A DNA stretch of 64,000 bases from an uncultured Pelagibacteraceae bacterium. Its GTDB lineage: Bacteria; Pseudomonadota; Alphaproteobacteria; Pelagibacterales; Pelagibacteraceae. The DNA lies in contig CABYYE010000004.1 in NCBI GenBank assembly GCA_902523095.1, positions 426 to 64,425 on the forward strand. The letters run 5' to 3'. Both the position numbers and the translations under genes were made by a program. Under the pieces are notes generated by a model that was not told the DNA's origin, searched no databases, and was given only the letters and a program-made list of their open reading frames with translations. Shown here in pieces: positions 42,595-54,530 of the stretch (positions are counted from its first letter, which is position 1; each line of letters begins with the position of its first letter).

Positions 42595-44502
42595 TTATTT
42601 TAGAATCAAATAAGTTAATAATATTGAAAGTCCTATTAGCATTACAAAAGCATAATCATATATAAATCCTGTTTGGAATTGACCTGCTTTGTTAGAAATT
42701 AACTTAACGAGTTTTGAAATACCATCAGGACCAAACCTATCTATAATACCAATATCTCCCCTCTTCCAAAAAAAAGAGCCAATTTTTTTTAAAGGATTTA
42801 CTATTATAAAATTATATAATTCATCTATATACCACTTATTCAATAAAAAGTTATACAATGGCAAGTTGGTTTTTTTAAAATCATTTAAAATATTTGGATT
42901 AGAAATATAATAATAGTAAGAAATAGGTATAGAAATAGTTACTAAAATAGGTGTTAAAATAAGTAACCACAGCGGGATATATTCATGTTTTATCTCATCA
43001 AGAAAAAAAATAGAGCTTTGCCAAAAATTAATACTGTTATGACCAATCATTGTTTCTTTAAATAAAAAACCTGCAAAAATTGCCCCGATTGACAAGATAA
43101 ATAATGGAGCTAGCATTACAAGTGGTGACTCATGCGTAGCATTAATTGGAACAACTTTGTTATTGTATGTGCCATGAAAAGTTTTAAAAAATAATCTCCA
43201 TGAATAAATCGAGGTCAAAAATGCTGTAAAAATTCCAATCACTACAGCGTAATTGCCCAGAATTGAATTACTAAGATATGCAAATTCAATAATTGCGTCT
43301 TTGGAGTAAAAGCCAGATAAGAATGGGAAACCAGTTAAAGCTAAAGTTCCAATTAACATAAAGCTATAAGTATAAGGAAGTTTTTTTCTTACACCTCCCA
43401 TATTTCTTATGTCCTGTTCATCTTTAAAAGCATGTATTACTGAGCCCGATCCTAAAAATAAAAGGGCTTTAAAAAATGCATGAGTGAATAAATGAAACAT
43501 TGCTACATGATATGCGCCAATTCCTGCGGCGAAGAACATATAACCTAATTGACTACACGTGGAATAAGCAACAATTTTTTTAATATCATTTTGTACTAAA
43601 GCAACAGATGCTGCAAATATTGCAGTCAACATTCCTATTATTGTTATAATATTTAATGATGTTTGAGAATATTCAAACATTGGAGAACATCTAACAACTA
43701 AAAAAACTCCAGCAGTAACCATTGTAGCTGCATGGATTAAAGCTGATACTGGTGTAGGGCCTTCCATTGCATCTGGAAGCCAAGTGTGCAATAAAAATTG
43801 AGCAGATTTACCCATTGCTCCAATAAATAAAAATAAGCAAATTAATGTAATTAAGTTTGCTTCAAATCCAAAAAAAGTTAATTTTTTTTCAGAAAATGTA
43901 GGTATTAATTCAAACACTTCCTCAAAATTGATAGTACCGAAATAAAAAAATATTAAAAAAATTCCTATTGCTAATCCAAAATCTCCTACCCTGTTTACTA
44001 TAAATGCTTTTATAGCAGCATTATTTGCTGAACTTCTTTTATACCAAAAGCCAATTAATAAATAAGAGCATAGTCCAACACCCTCCCAGCCAAAAAAAAG
44101 TTGTAAAAAGTTGTCGGAAACAACAAGCATAAGCATAGAAAAAGTAAAAAGCGACAGGTAAGACATAAATCTTGGTTTATGAGGGTCGTGATTCATGTAA
44201 CCCAATGAATAAATATGGACTAATGCTGAAATAAAAGTGACCACTACTAACATTAAAGTGCTTAACGGATCAATTTTAATTGCCCAATTAGCTATAAAAT
44301 TTCCAGAACTAATCCATTCAAAAATTTTGTAATTTCCATACACATCATTGTTAAAACCATTCCAAAAAATAATTAATGCTAAAATTGCAGAAATCGTTAC
44401 CATCGTACTAGTAAAAATCTCTGAAAAATTTTTAGTTAAATTTTTCCCTAAATATCCAATTATTGCTCCAAACAAAGGTAGAAAAGTTACAGCGTATTCC
44501 AT
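42595..44502 (-). CDS. nuoL: NADH-quinone oxidoreductase subunit L
   Basis: WEGVG, NRVGD, GKSAQ, WLPDAMEGPTPVSALIHAATMV. Confidence 0.97.
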   Translation of the reverse strand: MEYAVTFLPLFGAIIGYLGKNLTKNFSEIFTSTMVTISAILALIIFWNGFNNDVYGNYKIFEWISSGNFIANWAIKIDPLSTLMLVVVTFISALVHIYSLGYMNHDPHKPRFMSYLSLFTFSMLMLVVSDNFLQLFFGWEGVGLCSYLLIGFWYKRSSANNAAIKAFIVNRVGDFGLAIGIFLIFFYFGTINFEEVFELIPTFSEKKLTFFGFEANLITLICLFLFIGAMGKSAQFLLHTWLPDAMEGPTPVSALIHAATMVTAGVFLVVRCSPMFEYSQTSLNIITIIGMLTAIFAASVALVQNDIKKIVAYSTCSQLGYMFFAAGIGAYHVAMFHLFTHAFFKALLFLGSGSVIHAFKDEQDIRNMGGVRKKLPYTYSFMLIGTLALTGFPFLSGFYSKDAIIEFAYLSNSILGNYAVVIGIFTAFLTSIYSWRLFFKTFHGTYNNKVVPINATHESPLVMLAPLFILSIGAIFAGFLFKETMIGHNSINFWQSSIFFLDEIKHEYIPLWLLILTPILVTISIPISYYYYISNPNILNDFKKTNLPLYNFLLNKWYIDELYNFIIVNPLKKIGSFFWKRGDIGIIDRFGPDGISKLVKLISNKAGQFQTGFIYDYAFVMLIGLSILLTYLILK

Positions 44503-44817
44503 TTATCCTTTCATTCCATGAATATCTTCGACTCTTATTGAACCTTTGTTTCTGTAATAAATAACGATAATCGCTAAACCAATAGCTGCTTCAGCTGCTG
44601 CAACTGTTAAAGTAAGCATTGTAAAAATTTGACCAACAATATCTCCTGAAAAAATTGAAAAAGAAATTAGATTGATATTCACTGCTAGAAGTATCAATTC
44701 TATTGACATTAATATAACGATAACATTTTTTCTATTTAAAAAAATTCCCATTACTCCTAAAAAAAAGATTATTGCTCCTAGAGATAAATAATGTCCTAAG
44801 CTTATTTCAATCATCAA
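44503..44817 (-). CDS. nuoK: NADH-quinone oxidoreductase subunit K
   Basis: [25 protein letters not shown]. Confidence 0.96.
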   Translation of the reverse strand: MMIEISLGHYLSLGAIIFFLGVMGIFLNRKNVIVILMSIELILLAVNINLISFSIFSGDIVGQIFTMLTLTVAAAEAAIGLAIIVIYYRNKGSIRVEDIHGMKG

Positions 44818-45433
44818 CCTTTACTCCCTCGTAAGATTGTACATTTTTAAGTTCAACAGAAGTCTTAGGGTCTCTCGATATTTGTTTTATATAGCTTTGT
44901 CTTTTTACTCCTGGTCTTTCTCTAAACGTGAGAAGAATGGCCCCTATCATCGAAAGTAGTAAAATTATACCGGCTAATTGAAAATAAAGAATATAGTCGG
45001 TGTACATTACAAGACCCAGTTGATGCGTGTTCGAGATTTTAGAAAATATTAATGAACTACTAGACATTAAATTATCCTTATATTTCCAACCTCCTACTAC
45101 AACAAGTAATTCTAAAAAAATTAAGACGCTAACAATTAGTCCTGTAGGAATATGCGTAGACTTTTTTCCTATAAACCATGATTGTTTTTGTTCTGCAACA
45201 TTAAGCATCATTACTACAAATAAAAACAAAACTGCTACAGCGCCGACATAAACAATAAGAATAATCATTCCCAAAAATTCAGCCCCAACCATAATAAATA
45301 GACATCCGACTGAGATGAAATCAAGAATTAAAAAAAAAACGGAATTAACTGTGTTTCTTGAAGTTATAACCATCAATGATGAAAATATTGCTATAATTGA
45401 AAAAAAATAAAAAAAAATTGAGTGAATTAACAT
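44807..45433 (-). CDS. nuoJ: NADH-quinone oxidoreductase subunit J
   Basis: [25 protein letters not shown]. Confidence 0.96.
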   Translation of the reverse strand: MLIHSIFFYFFSIIAIFSSLMVITSRNTVNSVFFLILDFISVGCLFIMVGAEFLGMIILIVYVGAVAVLFLFVVMMLNVAEQKQSWFIGKKSTHIPTGLIVSVLIFLELLVVVGGWKYKDNLMSSSSLIFSKISNTHQLGLVMYTDYILYFQLAGIILLLSMIGAILLTFRERPGVKRQSYIKQISRDPKTSVELKNVQSYEGVKVDD

Positions 45434-45919
45434 CTATCTGTATGGTTTATCCAATTTAATATTTTTAGATAAAACAGATTCCCATCTGTCACCATTGTCT
45501 AAAAGTTTTTGTTTGTTGTAGTAAAGCTCTTCTCTAGTTTCAGTTGCGAATTCAAAATTAGGACCTTGAACAATCGCATCTACAGGGCAAGACTCTTGAC
45601 ACAAACCACAGTAAATACATTTTAACATATCAATATCATATCTAGTTGTTTTTCTACTACCGTCAGATCTCTCAGTTGACTCAATTGTAATAGCTTGAGC
45701 GGGACAAACTGCTTCACAAAGCTTACAAGCTATACATCTTTCTTCCCCATTTGGATATCTTCTCAGCGCATGTTCGCCTCTCATTCGAGGGCTTATCGGA
45801 CCTTTTTCAAAGGGATAATTAATAGTTTTTGACTTTTTAAACATTTCTTTAACAGCCATTATTAAACCTCGAACAAATTCAATTAAAAAAATTGTTTTAA
45901 ATATTCTTGAAAAATTCAT
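45434..45919 (-). CDS. nuoI: NADH-quinone oxidoreductase subunit I
   Basis: [12 protein letters not shown] and [12 protein letters not shown]. Confidence 0.97.
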   Translation of the reverse strand: MNFSRIFKTIFLIEFVRGLIMAVKEMFKKSKTINYPFEKGPISPRMRGEHALRRYPNGEERCIACKLCEAVCPAQAITIESTERSDGSRKTTRYDIDMLKCIYCGLCQESCPVDAIVQGPNFEFATETREELYYNKQKLLDNGDRWESVLSKNIKLDKPYR

Positions 45920-46926
45920 TAAAAATTTCCTTTTGGTAATTTATCAAAATAAAATAAAAAACTTGCTGTTAAAACCAAATAAATTAATGAGAATGGTAAA
46001 AAAATTTTCCAACCTAGTCTCATTAGTTGATCATACCTATATCTTGGAACTATTGCTTTTATCAAAGCAAAAAGTAAAAATAAAAATAATATTTTAAGCA
46101 ACATCCATACTGGCGGCGGGATTATATTAAGAGGGTAAATATCTACGATTGGTAACCAACCACCTAAAAATAATATCGATCCCATTGCGCACATTAATAA
46201 AATATTTGCATACTCCCCTAACCAAAACATTGCATACATCATCCCCGAATACTCTGTTTGATAACCAGCTACTAATTCAGCTTCTGCTTCTGGCAAATCA
46301 AAAGGTGGTCTGTTAGTTTCTGCTAAAGCTGAAATAAAAAATATTACAAACATTGGGAATAAAGGAACCACGTACCATAATTCCTTTTGTGCAAGCACTA
46401 TATCTTTTAAATTTAAAGAGCCTACACATAGAAGAACGTTGATTATAATAATACCTATTGAAACTTCATAAGAAACCATTTGAGCAGCAGATCTAATTGC
46501 CCCTAAAAAAGGATATTTAGAGTTGGAAGCCCAACCTCCCATTATTATCCCATAAACACCTAAAGATGAGATTGCAAAAAGATAAAGAATTCCAACATTA
46601 ATATCTGACAAGACCAATTCTTCACTTAAAGGAATAACAGCCCAAGCAACCAAGGCTAAAGTCATGGTAACAATTGGAGCTAAAATGAATACAGTTTTAT
46701 TTGCGCTTGCTGGTATTATAATTTCTTTAAAAATATATTTTAATGCATCGGCTAACGTTTGTAATAAACCAAATGGGCCTACAACATTAGGACCTCTTCT
46801 TTTTTGAACTAAACCCCAAACCCTTCTATCAAGCCATACAATCATGGCAACTGATACTAAAATTGGTATTAGTAAAAATAATATTCTATAAATTTCTTGT
46901 CCAAAAATCTGTAAATATTCTAACAT
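45919..46926 (-). CDS. nuoH: NADH-quinone oxidoreductase subunit H
   Basis: [36 protein letters not shown]. Confidence 0.97.
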   Translation of the reverse strand: MLEYLQIFGQEIYRILFLLIPILVSVAMIVWLDRRVWGLVQKRRGPNVVGPFGLLQTLADALKYIFKEIIIPASANKTVFILAPIVTMTLALVAWAVIPLSEELVLSDINVGILYLFAISSLGVYGIIMGGWASNSKYPFLGAIRSAAQMVSYEVSIGIIIINVLLCVGSLNLKDIVLAQKELWYVVPLFPMFVIFFISALAETNRPPFDLPEAEAELVAGYQTEYSGMMYAMFWLGEYANILLMCAMGSILFLGGWLPIVDIYPLNIIPPPVWMLLKILFLFLLFALIKAIVPRYRYDQLMRLGWKIFLPFSLIYLVLTASFLFYFDKLPKGNF

Positions 46927-48977
46927 TAATTATTAGTTCCGGTTTTTTTTATTTTTTGACGAATATGATTACACTCACTCATAGTTTTTGAGGCTCTTGA
47001 TATAGAATTAGAAAAGTAATAATTAAGTTCTTTAATCTGAACGTCTTCACTAAAAAATTCTGTAGTAATCTTATTAGTATCAGTTAAATTAAACTTAGGT
47101 AATTCATTAATTTCTGAAAAATTAGCCACATTGTCTAAACTTTCTTTTCTTAAAGACTCAAACTTTAAAACTTTTTCATTTTCCCCGTACTTTTTAATTA
47201 TCATATTGAATATTTTCCAATCTTCCTTCGCTTCACCAATTGGATATGACGCTTTTTTACACTCTTGAATTCTACCCTCTAAATTTTCATATAAACCGTT
47301 TTGTTCAGTATAAGCTGCGCTTGGTAAAATTATATCAGCTAATTCTGCTCCTTTGTCTCCATGACTTCCTTGGTAAACAATAAATTCACCATTTTTTTTT
47401 ATTTCTAAATTATCGGATCCAAGAAGGTACAAAAATTTAAATTCTTTTTTATTTAATTTATCAAAAAAACTAAAATCAGCTTTTTGATTTGGAAAGATTT
47501 TTAAATCTGTAAGACCTACAGTCGACGCATTTTGGACCAAAATATTAAGCGCATTCCAACCATTGTTTACAAAATTATTTATTCTTAAAAAATTTTTTAA
47601 TTCTTCGAAAATATATTTTCCACTTTTTAACTCTAAAGCTGACTCACCGATAATTATCATCGGCTTTTTTGTAGATAAAAATTTTTTGGAGAATTCACTT
47701 TCCATATTAATAAATTTCTTTATATCGTCAGTTTTTTTTCCTATAATTTCATACGGATAAGTAAGATCTCCAGGATCTCCAAATGAGTATATTTTAATTT
47801 TTTTTTGTAAATATGTTTTTCTTAATCTAGCATTAAGCATTGTGGCTTCATGTCTTGGATTAGAGCCAACTAACAAAACTAAGTCTGATTCTTCAATACC
47901 TTTAATAGAAGTGTTAAAAATATAATTAATTTTTTCATCTGGGTTAATATAAAATTTTTTTTCTCTAAATTCTAAGTTTTTGCTATTAAATATTTCAAAT
48001 AATTTTTTAAAACCAAGAGCATTTTCTATGTTTGTCATATCTCCTACGTGTCCTGCAATCTGATTTGATTCTAAGTTTTTAATTTTTTTAACTATCAAGT
48101 CAATCGCTTCATCCCAATTAGATTTTTGTAATTTATTATTTATTTTTATATATGGAATATCTAACCTCTGTTTAAGAAGACCATCACAAGAATATCTGGT
48201 TTTGTCTGATATCCACTCTTCGTTAATATCGTTGTTTAATCTAGGTAAAACTCTCTTAACTTCCCAATTGTAAGTATCAACTCTAACGTTTGAGCCAACT
48301 GCATCCATTACATCAATAGTTTCAGTTTTATTTAGTTCCCAAGGTCTCGCTTCAAAAGCGTATGGTTTTGAAGTAAGCGCACCGACTGGGCATAAATCTA
48401 TTACATTAGCAGATAATTCCGATTTCATTGATTTTTCTAAATAAGTCGTAATCTCCATATTTTCCCCTCTACCAATTGCTCCGATTTCAGGAACGCCAGC
48501 AACTTCAGTTGCAAAACGAACACATCTAGTGCAGTGAATACATCTTGTCATTTGGGTTTTTATAAGAGGACCCATATATTTTTCTTTTACATCTCTCTTA
48601 TTTTCAACGAATCTTGATTTATCAACTCCGTAATACAATGATTGGTCTTGTAAATCACATTCTCCTCCTTGATCACAAACCGGACAATCTAAAGGATGGT
48701 TTGCTAATAAAAATTCCATAACACCCTTTCTAGCTTTTTCAACAAAAGCTGTATTAGTTTTTATTTTCATTCCTTCAGTGGCGGGCATAGCACATGATGC
48801 TATCGGCTTTGCTGATTTCTCCATCTCTACCAAACACATTCTGCAATTACCGGCAATAGACAATTTTTCGTGGTAGCAAAATCTTGGTATTTCAACATCA
48901 GCAAGCTCACATGCTTGAAGTACCGTCATTCCCTTTTCGAATTCAATTTCTTTTCCGTTTATACTAATTTTAGGCAT
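46926..48977 (-). CDS. nuoG: NADH-quinone oxidoreductase subunit G
   Basis: [36 protein letters not shown]. Confidence 0.97.
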   Translation of the reverse strand: MPKISINGKEIEFEKGMTVLQACELADVEIPRFCYHEKLSIAGNCRMCLVEMEKSAKPIASCAMPATEGMKIKTNTAFVEKARKGVMEFLLANHPLDCPVCDQGGECDLQDQSLYYGVDKSRFVENKRDVKEKYMGPLIKTQMTRCIHCTRCVRFATEVAGVPEIGAIGRGENMEITTYLEKSMKSELSANVIDLCPVGALTSKPYAFEARPWELNKTETIDVMDAVGSNVRVDTYNWEVKRVLPRLNNDINEEWISDKTRYSCDGLLKQRLDIPYIKINNKLQKSNWDEAIDLIVKKIKNLESNQIAGHVGDMTNIENALGFKKLFEIFNSKNLEFREKKFYINPDEKINYIFNTSIKGIEESDLVLLVGSNPRHEATMLNARLRKTYLQKKIKIYSFGDPGDLTYPYEIIGKKTDDIKKFINMESEFSKKFLSTKKPMIIIGESALELKSGKYIFEELKNFLRINNFVNNGWNALNILVQNASTVGLTDLKIFPNQKADFSFFDKLNKKEFKFLYLLGSDNLEIKKNGEFIVYQGSHGDKGAELADIILPSAAYTEQNGLYENLEGRIQECKKASYPIGEAKEDWKIFNMIIKKYGENEKVLKFESLRKESLDNVANFSEINELPKFNLTDTNKITTEFFSEDVQIKELNYYFSNSISRASKTMSECNHIRQKIKKTGTNN

Positions 48978-50301
48978 TTTTATTTTCTAGTAAATGTTGA
49001 TCCACAAGATAAGGATTGTTTACTCTTTTTTTAATTAAAGGTTCTTCTCTACATCTGCTTTCTATCTCTTTTCTAAAATGTCTTAACAATCCTTGAACTG
49101 GCCAAGCTGAACCTTCGCCAAAGGCACATATGGTGTGACCTTCAATTTGTTTTGTTACATCTGAAAGTAAATCAATATCTTTAAAAGTAGCTTTTCTTTG
49201 TGCTACCCTGTCTAAAATTCTCCACATCCAACCTGCCCCTTCTCTGCATGGAGTACATTGACCGCAACTTTCATGCTTATAAAATCTTGCAATCCTAGCC
49301 ATACAAGCAACAATGTCTTGTTGTTTATTAATAACAACAATCCCGGCTGTTCCTAGTCCACTTTTATTTTCGATTAATGTGTCAAAATCCATTGTTATTG
49401 TGTCACAAATTTTTTTTGAAAGTAAAGGCATTGAAGATCCTCCAGGTATGACAGCTTGAAGATTTTCCCATCCTCCTACTACTCCTCCAGCATGTTTTTC
49501 TATTAAATCTTTTAAAGGAATACCCATTTCTTCCTCAACATTACATGGAGAGTTAACGTTCCCTGAGATACAAAATATCTTTGTTCCTGTGTTTTTAGGT
49601 TTTCCGATTGAAGCAAACCACTTGCCTCCTCTTCTAAGAATAGTTGGAACTACTGCAATAGTTTCTACGTTGTTAACAATAGTTGGACATCCATATAAAC
49701 CAACTAAAGCTGGGAATGGTGGTTTTAGTCTAGGTTGACCTTTGTTTCCCTCTATACTCTCCAATAGAGCAGTTTCCTCTCCACAGATATAAGCACCTGC
49801 TCCATAGTGTATATGAATGTCAAAATCCCAACCTGATCCACACGCGTTTTTTCCTAAAAATTTTTTCTCATATGCTTGATTGATTGCTTCTTGTAGTCTT
49901 TTTCCCTCATTTAAATATTCTCCTCTTATATAAATATAGCAAACATGAGCATTAACAGTATAGCCAGCGATTAAGCATCCCTCTAATAATTTTTGAGGTT
50001 CAAATCTAAGAATATCTCTATCTTTACATGTTCCAGGTTCTGACTCATCTGCATTGATAACTAAATAGTGAGGCCTAGATCCAACTTCTTTTGGAGCAAA
50101 AGACCATTTTAACCCTGTAGAAAAACCAGCTCCTCCTCTACCTCTTAATTCAGAGGTTTTTACTTCATTAATAATCCACTCACGTCCTTTAGAAATTATA
50201 TCTTTAGTGCTTTTCCAATCATCTCTTCCTAAAGCATCATCTATTTTCCAGCCTAATTCATTATAAAGGTTTTTAAAAATTCTATTATCTTTCTTAAGCA
50301 T
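48970..50301 (-). CDS. nuoF: NADH-quinone oxidoreductase subunit F
   Basis: [38 protein letters not shown]; start set to 50301. Confidence 0.97.
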   Translation of the reverse strand: MLKKDNRIFKNLYNELGWKIDDALGRDDWKSTKDIISKGREWIINEVKTSELRGRGGAGFSTGLKWSFAPKEVGSRPHYLVINADESEPGTCKDRDILRFEPQKLLEGCLIAGYTVNAHVCYIYIRGEYLNEGKRLQEAINQAYEKKFLGKNACGSGWDFDIHIHYGAGAYICGEETALLESIEGNKGQPRLKPPFPALVGLYGCPTIVNNVETIAVVPTILRRGGKWFASIGKPKNTGTKIFCISGNVNSPCNVEEEMGIPLKDLIEKHAGGVVGGWENLQAVIPGGSSMPLLSKKICDTITMDFDTLIENKSGLGTAGIVVINKQQDIVACMARIARFYKHESCGQCTPCREGAGWMWRILDRVAQRKATFKDIDLLSDVTKQIEGHTICAFGEGSAWPVQGLLRHFRKEIESRCREEPLIKKRVNNPYLVDQHLLENKNA

Positions 50302-50896
50302 GTTTTTCTCCATCACTTTGAATTTTTTCTGGAGAAGTATTTTTACGACCTCTAAATGAACCAGGTTTCAAAGGTTTATCTTTCATTAAAGAATCTAAGA
50401 TTTTTAATGTATCTTTTTCATTTAAATCCTCGTAATAATCTTCGTTTACTTGCATCATAGGTGCACTCACGCAGGCTCCAAGGCATTCTACTTCTATCCA
50501 TGAACATGTACCATTTTTTGAGATTTCATTTTCATTTGGCGAAATTTTTTCTTTGCATAGTTTAACTATTTTATCTGCACCACGTATTAAACAAGGAGTT
50601 GTAGTGCATACTTGAATAAAATGTTTGCCTACAGGTGCTAAGTTATACATTGTATAAAATGTTGCCACCTCATATACTGAGATATAAGGCATTGATAAAT
50701 AGTTTGCTATATACTTCATCGCAGCTAAAGGTATCCAGTTTTCATTTTGTCTTTGTGCTAAATAAAGTAAAGGCATAACTGCGCTTTTTTTATTTTCTGT
50801 TGGATATCTCTTTAAAATCTCATCAGCCTTTCTTAGGCTATCTTCATTAAAAGAAAAATTTTCTGGTTGTTTATCATGTACTTTTTTTAAGCTCAT
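50294..50896 (-). CDS. nuoE: NADH-quinone oxidoreductase subunit E
   Basis: [24 protein letters not shown]. Confidence 0.96.
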   Translation of the reverse strand: MSLKKVHDKQPENFSFNEDSLRKADEILKRYPTENKKSAVMPLLYLAQRQNENWIPLAAMKYIANYLSMPYISVYEVATFYTMYNLAPVGKHFIQVCTTTPCLIRGADKIVKLCKEKISPNENEISKNGTCSWIEVECLGACVSAPMMQVNEDYYEDLNEKDTLKILDSLMKDKPLKPGSFRGRKNTSPEKIQSDGEKHA

Positions 50897-52068
50897 CGAT
50901 CAACCTCTCCAAAAACAATATCTAAAGATCCTAAGATAGCTGGAACGTCAGCCAACATATGTCCTCGAATTAAATAATCCATTGCTTGTAAATGGGAAAA
51001 TCCAGGAGCTCTAATTTTGCACCTGTAAGGTTTGTTTGTACCATCAGAAATTAAATAAACTCCAAATTCGCCCTTAGGTGCTTCAACAGCAGTATAAACG
51101 TCACCTTTAGGAACCCTAAAGCCTTCTGTGAATAATTTAAAATGATGGATTAAAGCTTCCATTGATTGTTTAATTTCGTCTCTTTTAGGTGGAGAAATTT
51201 TTCCATCTACTGATTTTATCGGTCCTTTAGGAAGTTTTTCTACACACTGTAAAATAATTTTTACACTTTCTCTCATCTCTTCAATTCTACATAGATACCT
51301 GTCGTAACAATCTCCGTTTTTTCCAACTGGAATTTTAAAATCCAAATCTTTATAAATTTCATAAGGTTGAGATCTTCTTAAATCCCATGGTACACCTGAT
51401 CCCCTTAACATAACTCCGGAAAAACTATGATCTAAAGCCTCTTGTTTGGTAACCACTCCAATGTCAACATTTCTTTGTTTGAAAATTCTGTTGTCAGTTA
51501 ACAAACCCTCTAAATCATCAATAATTTGTGGAAATGATCTACAAAATTTTTCTATATCATCGACTAATTTTAAAGGGATGTCTTGATGAACACCTCCAGT
51601 TCTAAAATAATTAGCATGTAATCTGGATCCAGAAGCTCTTTCATAAAAAGTCATTAAAGTTTCTCTTTCCTCGAATCCCCAAAGTGATGGGGTTAATGCG
51701 CCAACATCTAATGCTTGTGTGGTTACATTTAAAATATGGCTTAAAATTCTACCTATTTCGCAGAAAATCACACGAATATATTTTGCTCTAATTGGGACCT
51801 CAACGTTTAATAATTTTTCTTGTGCTAATGCAAATGCATGCTCTTGATTCATTGGCGCAACATAATCCAATCTATCAAAATATGGCAGGGCCTGAGTATA
51901 TGTCTTTTGCTCAATAAGTTTTTCTGTTCCTCTGTGAAGCAAGCCAATATGAGGATCTGCTTTTTCAACCACCTCTCCATCTAATTCAAGAATAAGCCTT
52001 AACACACCATGAGCTGCAGGATGTTGAGGCCCAAAATTTAAATTCATCGTTTTAGTTTTTTTTGGCAT
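50893..52068 (-). CDS. nuoD: NADH-quinone oxidoreductase subunit D
   Basis: [38 protein letters not shown]. Confidence 0.98.
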   Translation of the reverse strand: MPKKTKTMNLNFGPQHPAAHGVLRLILELDGEVVEKADPHIGLLHRGTEKLIEQKTYTQALPYFDRLDYVAPMNQEHAFALAQEKLLNVEVPIRAKYIRVIFCEIGRILSHILNVTTQALDVGALTPSLWGFEERETLMTFYERASGSRLHANYFRTGGVHQDIPLKLVDDIEKFCRSFPQIIDDLEGLLTDNRIFKQRNVDIGVVTKQEALDHSFSGVMLRGSGVPWDLRRSQPYEIYKDLDFKIPVGKNGDCYDRYLCRIEEMRESVKIILQCVEKLPKGPIKSVDGKISPPKRDEIKQSMEALIHHFKLFTEGFRVPKGDVYTAVEAPKGEFGVYLISDGTNKPYRCKIRAPGFSHLQAMDYLIRGHMLADVPAILGSLDIVFGEVDR

Positions 52069-52669
52069 TATTTGAATTCTTTTTAATTTCTTTTATATAA
52101 TTTGTTCCTTCCCATGGACTTTCAAAGTCAAAATTTCTATAATCTTGTTCTAGTTTTACTGGTTCATAAACTACTTTTTTTTCTTTCTCACTGTATCTGA
52201 CTTCGTTGAAACCTGTTAAAGGAAAATCTTTTCTTAAAGGATGGCCTTTAAAGTTATAATCTGTAAGAATTCTTCTTAAATCTGGATGGTTTTTAAATTT
52301 AATTCCATACATATCAAAAACCTCTCTTTCCATCCAATTAGCCGATGAGAAAATTTTTGTAATTGAGGGTATAATTTTTTCTATATCAAAATTAACCATT
52401 AGTTTAATTCTCAAATTTTTTTCATGAGATAAAAATAAATAAACTAATTGAAATCTGTTTTCTTTGTCGGGGTAATCAACACCTACAATGTCGATTAATT
52501 GTTTAAATTTACATTGGTTATCAAGTTTTAAAAACTGTATTACGTCTACTAAATCACTCGAATTTGTTTCAATAATTAGTTCGTTGTTTTCAATTTTTGA
52601 AAAAAGAATTTTACTCGTAAGTTCTGAGTTTATCAATTTTTCGATTTTATTTAATTTTTCTTTATCCAT
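52052..52669 (-). CDS. nuoC: NADH-quinone oxidoreductase subunit C
   Basis: [33 protein letters not shown]; start set to ATG 52669 after the nuoB stop. Confidence 0.95.
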   Translation of the reverse strand: MDKEKLNKIEKLINSELTSKILFSKIENNELIIETNSSDLVDVIQFLKLDNQCKFKQLIDIVGVDYPDKENRFQLVYLFLSHEKNLRIKLMVNFDIEKIIPSITKIFSSANWMEREVFDMYGIKFKNHPDLRRILTDYNFKGHPLRKDFPLTGFNEVRYSEKEKKVVYEPVKLEQDYRNFDFESPWEGTNYIKEIKKNSNNAKKN

Positions 52670-52673
52670 CTTA

Positions 52674-53213
52674 TTATCTTTGAATTGTTCCTTCTCTTCT
52701 AATTTTTTTTTGGAGTTGAAGGATTCCATAAAGCAAAGCTTCTGCAGATGGAGGGCATCCTGGAATATAAATATCAACCGGTACTATTTTATCACAGCCT
52801 CTAACCACAGAGTAAGAATAATGATAATAGCCTCCACCGTTAGCACAACTTCCCATGGATACTACGTATCTTGGTTCTGGCATTTGGTCATATACTTTTC
52901 TTAAAGCTGGAGCCATTTTGTTTGTTAATGTTCCAGCAACTATCATCACATCAGATTGTCTAGGGGATGCTCTTGGTGCTGCTCCAAATCTTTCTAAGTC
53001 ATATCTAGGCATAGAAGTTTGCATCATTTCAACAGCGCAGCATGCGAGCCCAAAAGTCATCCAGTGTAATGATCCGGTTCTTGCCCATTTTACTAAGTTT
53101 TCTGATGAAGTAGTAATAAAACCTTTTTCAGAAAAATTTTTTGCTAATTCTTTAAACTCTTCTGGTATTTGATCCTCTTTTCTATTTGTAAATATATTTT
53201 TACTTATTCCCAT
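52674..53213 (-). CDS. nuoB: NADH-quinone oxidoreductase subunit B
   Basis: [31 protein letters not shown]; start set to 53213. Confidence 0.97.
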   Translation of the reverse strand: MGISKNIFTNRKEDQIPEEFKELAKNFSEKGFITTSSENLVKWARTGSLHWMTFGLACCAVEMMQTSMPRYDLERFGAAPRASPRQSDVMIVAGTLTNKMAPALRKVYDQMPEPRYVVSMGSCANGGGYYHYSYSVVRGCDKIVPVDIYIPGCPPSAEALLYGILQLQKKIRREGTIQR

Positions 53214-53572
53214 TCTAAAGCTCCTTTTTTCCACTCATAAATAAAACCTATAGTTAATACCCCTAAAAAAAACATCATTGACCAAAAGCCTAAGCTTCCA
53301 ATCCCTCCTAGTGATATAGCCCAAGGAAATAAAAATGCTATTTCTAAATCAAAAATTATGAATAAAATTGCTACTAGATAAAATCTGACATCAAATTCTA
53401 TTCTTGAGTCATCAAAGGGTTCAAAACCACATTCGTAAGCAGAAAGCTTTTCAGGATCTGGGTTGTTTGGAGAAGCTAAATAATTTGCTAAAATAAAGCC
53501 TATGCTTAAAAACAAAGCTATAAATACAAAAATTATTATAGATAAATAGTCAGATAAAAAGTTATAAATCAT
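53204..53572 (-). CDS. nuoA: NADH-quinone oxidoreductase subunit A
   Basis: [31 protein letters not shown]. Confidence 0.97.
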   Translation of the reverse strand: MIYNFLSDYLSIIIFVFIALFLSIGFILANYLASPNNPDPEKLSAYECGFEPFDDSRIEFDVRFYLVAILFIIFDLEIAFLFPWAISLGGIGSLGFWSMMFFLGVLTIGFIYEWKKGALEWE

Positions 53573-53668
53573 TTTTAATCAATACCTACCTCAATACTTA
53601 AAGTTTGAGGATTCTTATATTAACTACTCTTTTATAACATTTAAAAAGTTTGTGTACAGTACAAGAAG

Positions 53669-53705
53669 GTAGCAGTTATTCGTTAACTAGAGCTACATTT
53701 TTTTT
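53669..53705 (+). terminator. Intrinsic terminator-like hairpin (possibly bidirectional) between nuoA and tRNA-Asp
   Basis: GTAGC-AGTTA-ttcgt-TAACT-aga-GCTAC followed by A and T8 on the + strand; CTTCTT follows it on the - strand. Confidence 0.5.
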
Positions 53706-53711
53706 GTTATA

Positions 53712-53726
53712 TGAAAACGATTCTCA
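53712..53726. promoter_or_regulatory. Fur-box-like 7-1-7 inverted repeat upstream of nuoA
   Basis: TGAAAAC-G-ATTCTCA matches 11 of 14 defined positions of TGATAAT-N-ATTATCA. Confidence 0.45.
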
Positions 53727-53731
53727 ACAAG

Positions 53732-53809
53732 TGGCGGGAGTGACGGGACTCGAACCCGCGACCTCCTGCGTGACAGGCAGGCGCTCTAACCAAGCTGAGC
53801 TACACCCCC
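53732..53809 (-). tRNA. tRNA-Asp (GTC)
   Basis: GGGGGTGTAGCTCAG...CCTGC-CTGTCAC-GCAGG...GGTTCGAGTCC...CACTCCCGCCA cloverleaf with encoded CCA. Confidence 0.97.
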
Positions 53810-53819
53810 ACAAGTTGAG

Positions 53820-53895
53820 TGGTGGGCGGTAAAGGACTCGAACCTATGACCCTCTCGGTGTAAACGAGATGCTCTACCAACTGAGCTAACCGCCC
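53820..53895 (-). tRNA. tRNA-Val (TAC)
   Basis: GGGCGGTTAGCTCAG...TCTCG-TTTACAC-CGAGA...GGTTCGAGTCC...ACCGCCCACCA. Confidence 0.96.
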
Positions 53896-53912
53896 TAATC
53901 AATCAAAAACGA

Positions 53913-53941
53913 CATATACAGTAAATTATTTATAAAGTAAA
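53913..53941 (-). promoter_or_regulatory. Putative sigma70 promoter of the tRNA-Val/Asp operon
   Basis: TTTACT-N17-TATATG on the minus strand, ending 17 bp before tRNA-Val. Confidence 0.4.
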
Positions 53942-53984
53942 AAAGTATTTAAGTTTTAATAAATAGCAGTAATATTGAGATATT

Positions 53985-54530
53985 ATGATTCTTAGCTGTA
54001 ATTCTTGTGGCAAAAAATTTGTGGTCCCAGATAATGCAATTACCGAAGCTGGTAGACTAGTACAATGTAGCGCATGTGGAAATAAATGGAAGCAATTTCC
54101 AGTCAAGATTAACAAAAAAGAAGAGGCAATTTTAAAACCTGTTAAAAAACAGTCTATATCGAAACCTATCAGTACAAAAAAGTCAATAACATCAAAAAAA
54201 CCTGCAAATCCTAAAAAAAAAGTTGCAAAAAAAACAAGAGAGATAAACTTATATTCTCCAGAATACCTTGCAAAAAAACATGGTATCAAAATAAAAGACT
54301 CTAAGCCAAAAAGTTCAAAAATATCAGTTACTAATGATAAAGCTTTATTTGGCTTTTATAGTTCATTACTTGTATTTTTAGTATTTTTAATATTTTTTTC
54401 TCGTACTTTATATTTTGCCCAGAGTTATATAATATCATTGATTCCTGGCTCAGAATTTTATTTAAATTACTTTTTTGAAAATATAAGAAATATATTTGAA
54501 ATTTGGAAAAGTTTAATTACTAATTATTAA
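53985..54530 (+). CDS. MJ0042-family zinc-ribbon membrane protein (ZitP-like N-terminus)
   Basis: MILSCNSC...F.V....I...GR.VQCSACGNKW, Lys-rich linker, C-terminal TM. Confidence 0.85.
   Translation: MILSCNSCGKKFVVPDNAITEAGRLVQCSACGNKWKQFPVKINKKEEAILKPVKKQSISKPISTKKSITSKKPANPKKKVAKKTREINLYSPEYLAKKHGIKIKDSKPKSSKISVTNDKALFGFYSSLLVFLVFLIFFSRTLYFAQSYIISLIPGSEFYLNYFFENIRNIFEIWKSLITNY

Noticed and set aside
53650-53832. 60-aa + strand ORF
   Set aside because: It is the antisense reading of tRNA-Asp and the end of tRNA-Val.
53828-53850. T-T mismatch in the tRNA-Val T stem (ATAGG/CCTTT)
   Set aside because: A single tolerated mismatch; the rest of the cloverleaf and the CCA end are canonical.
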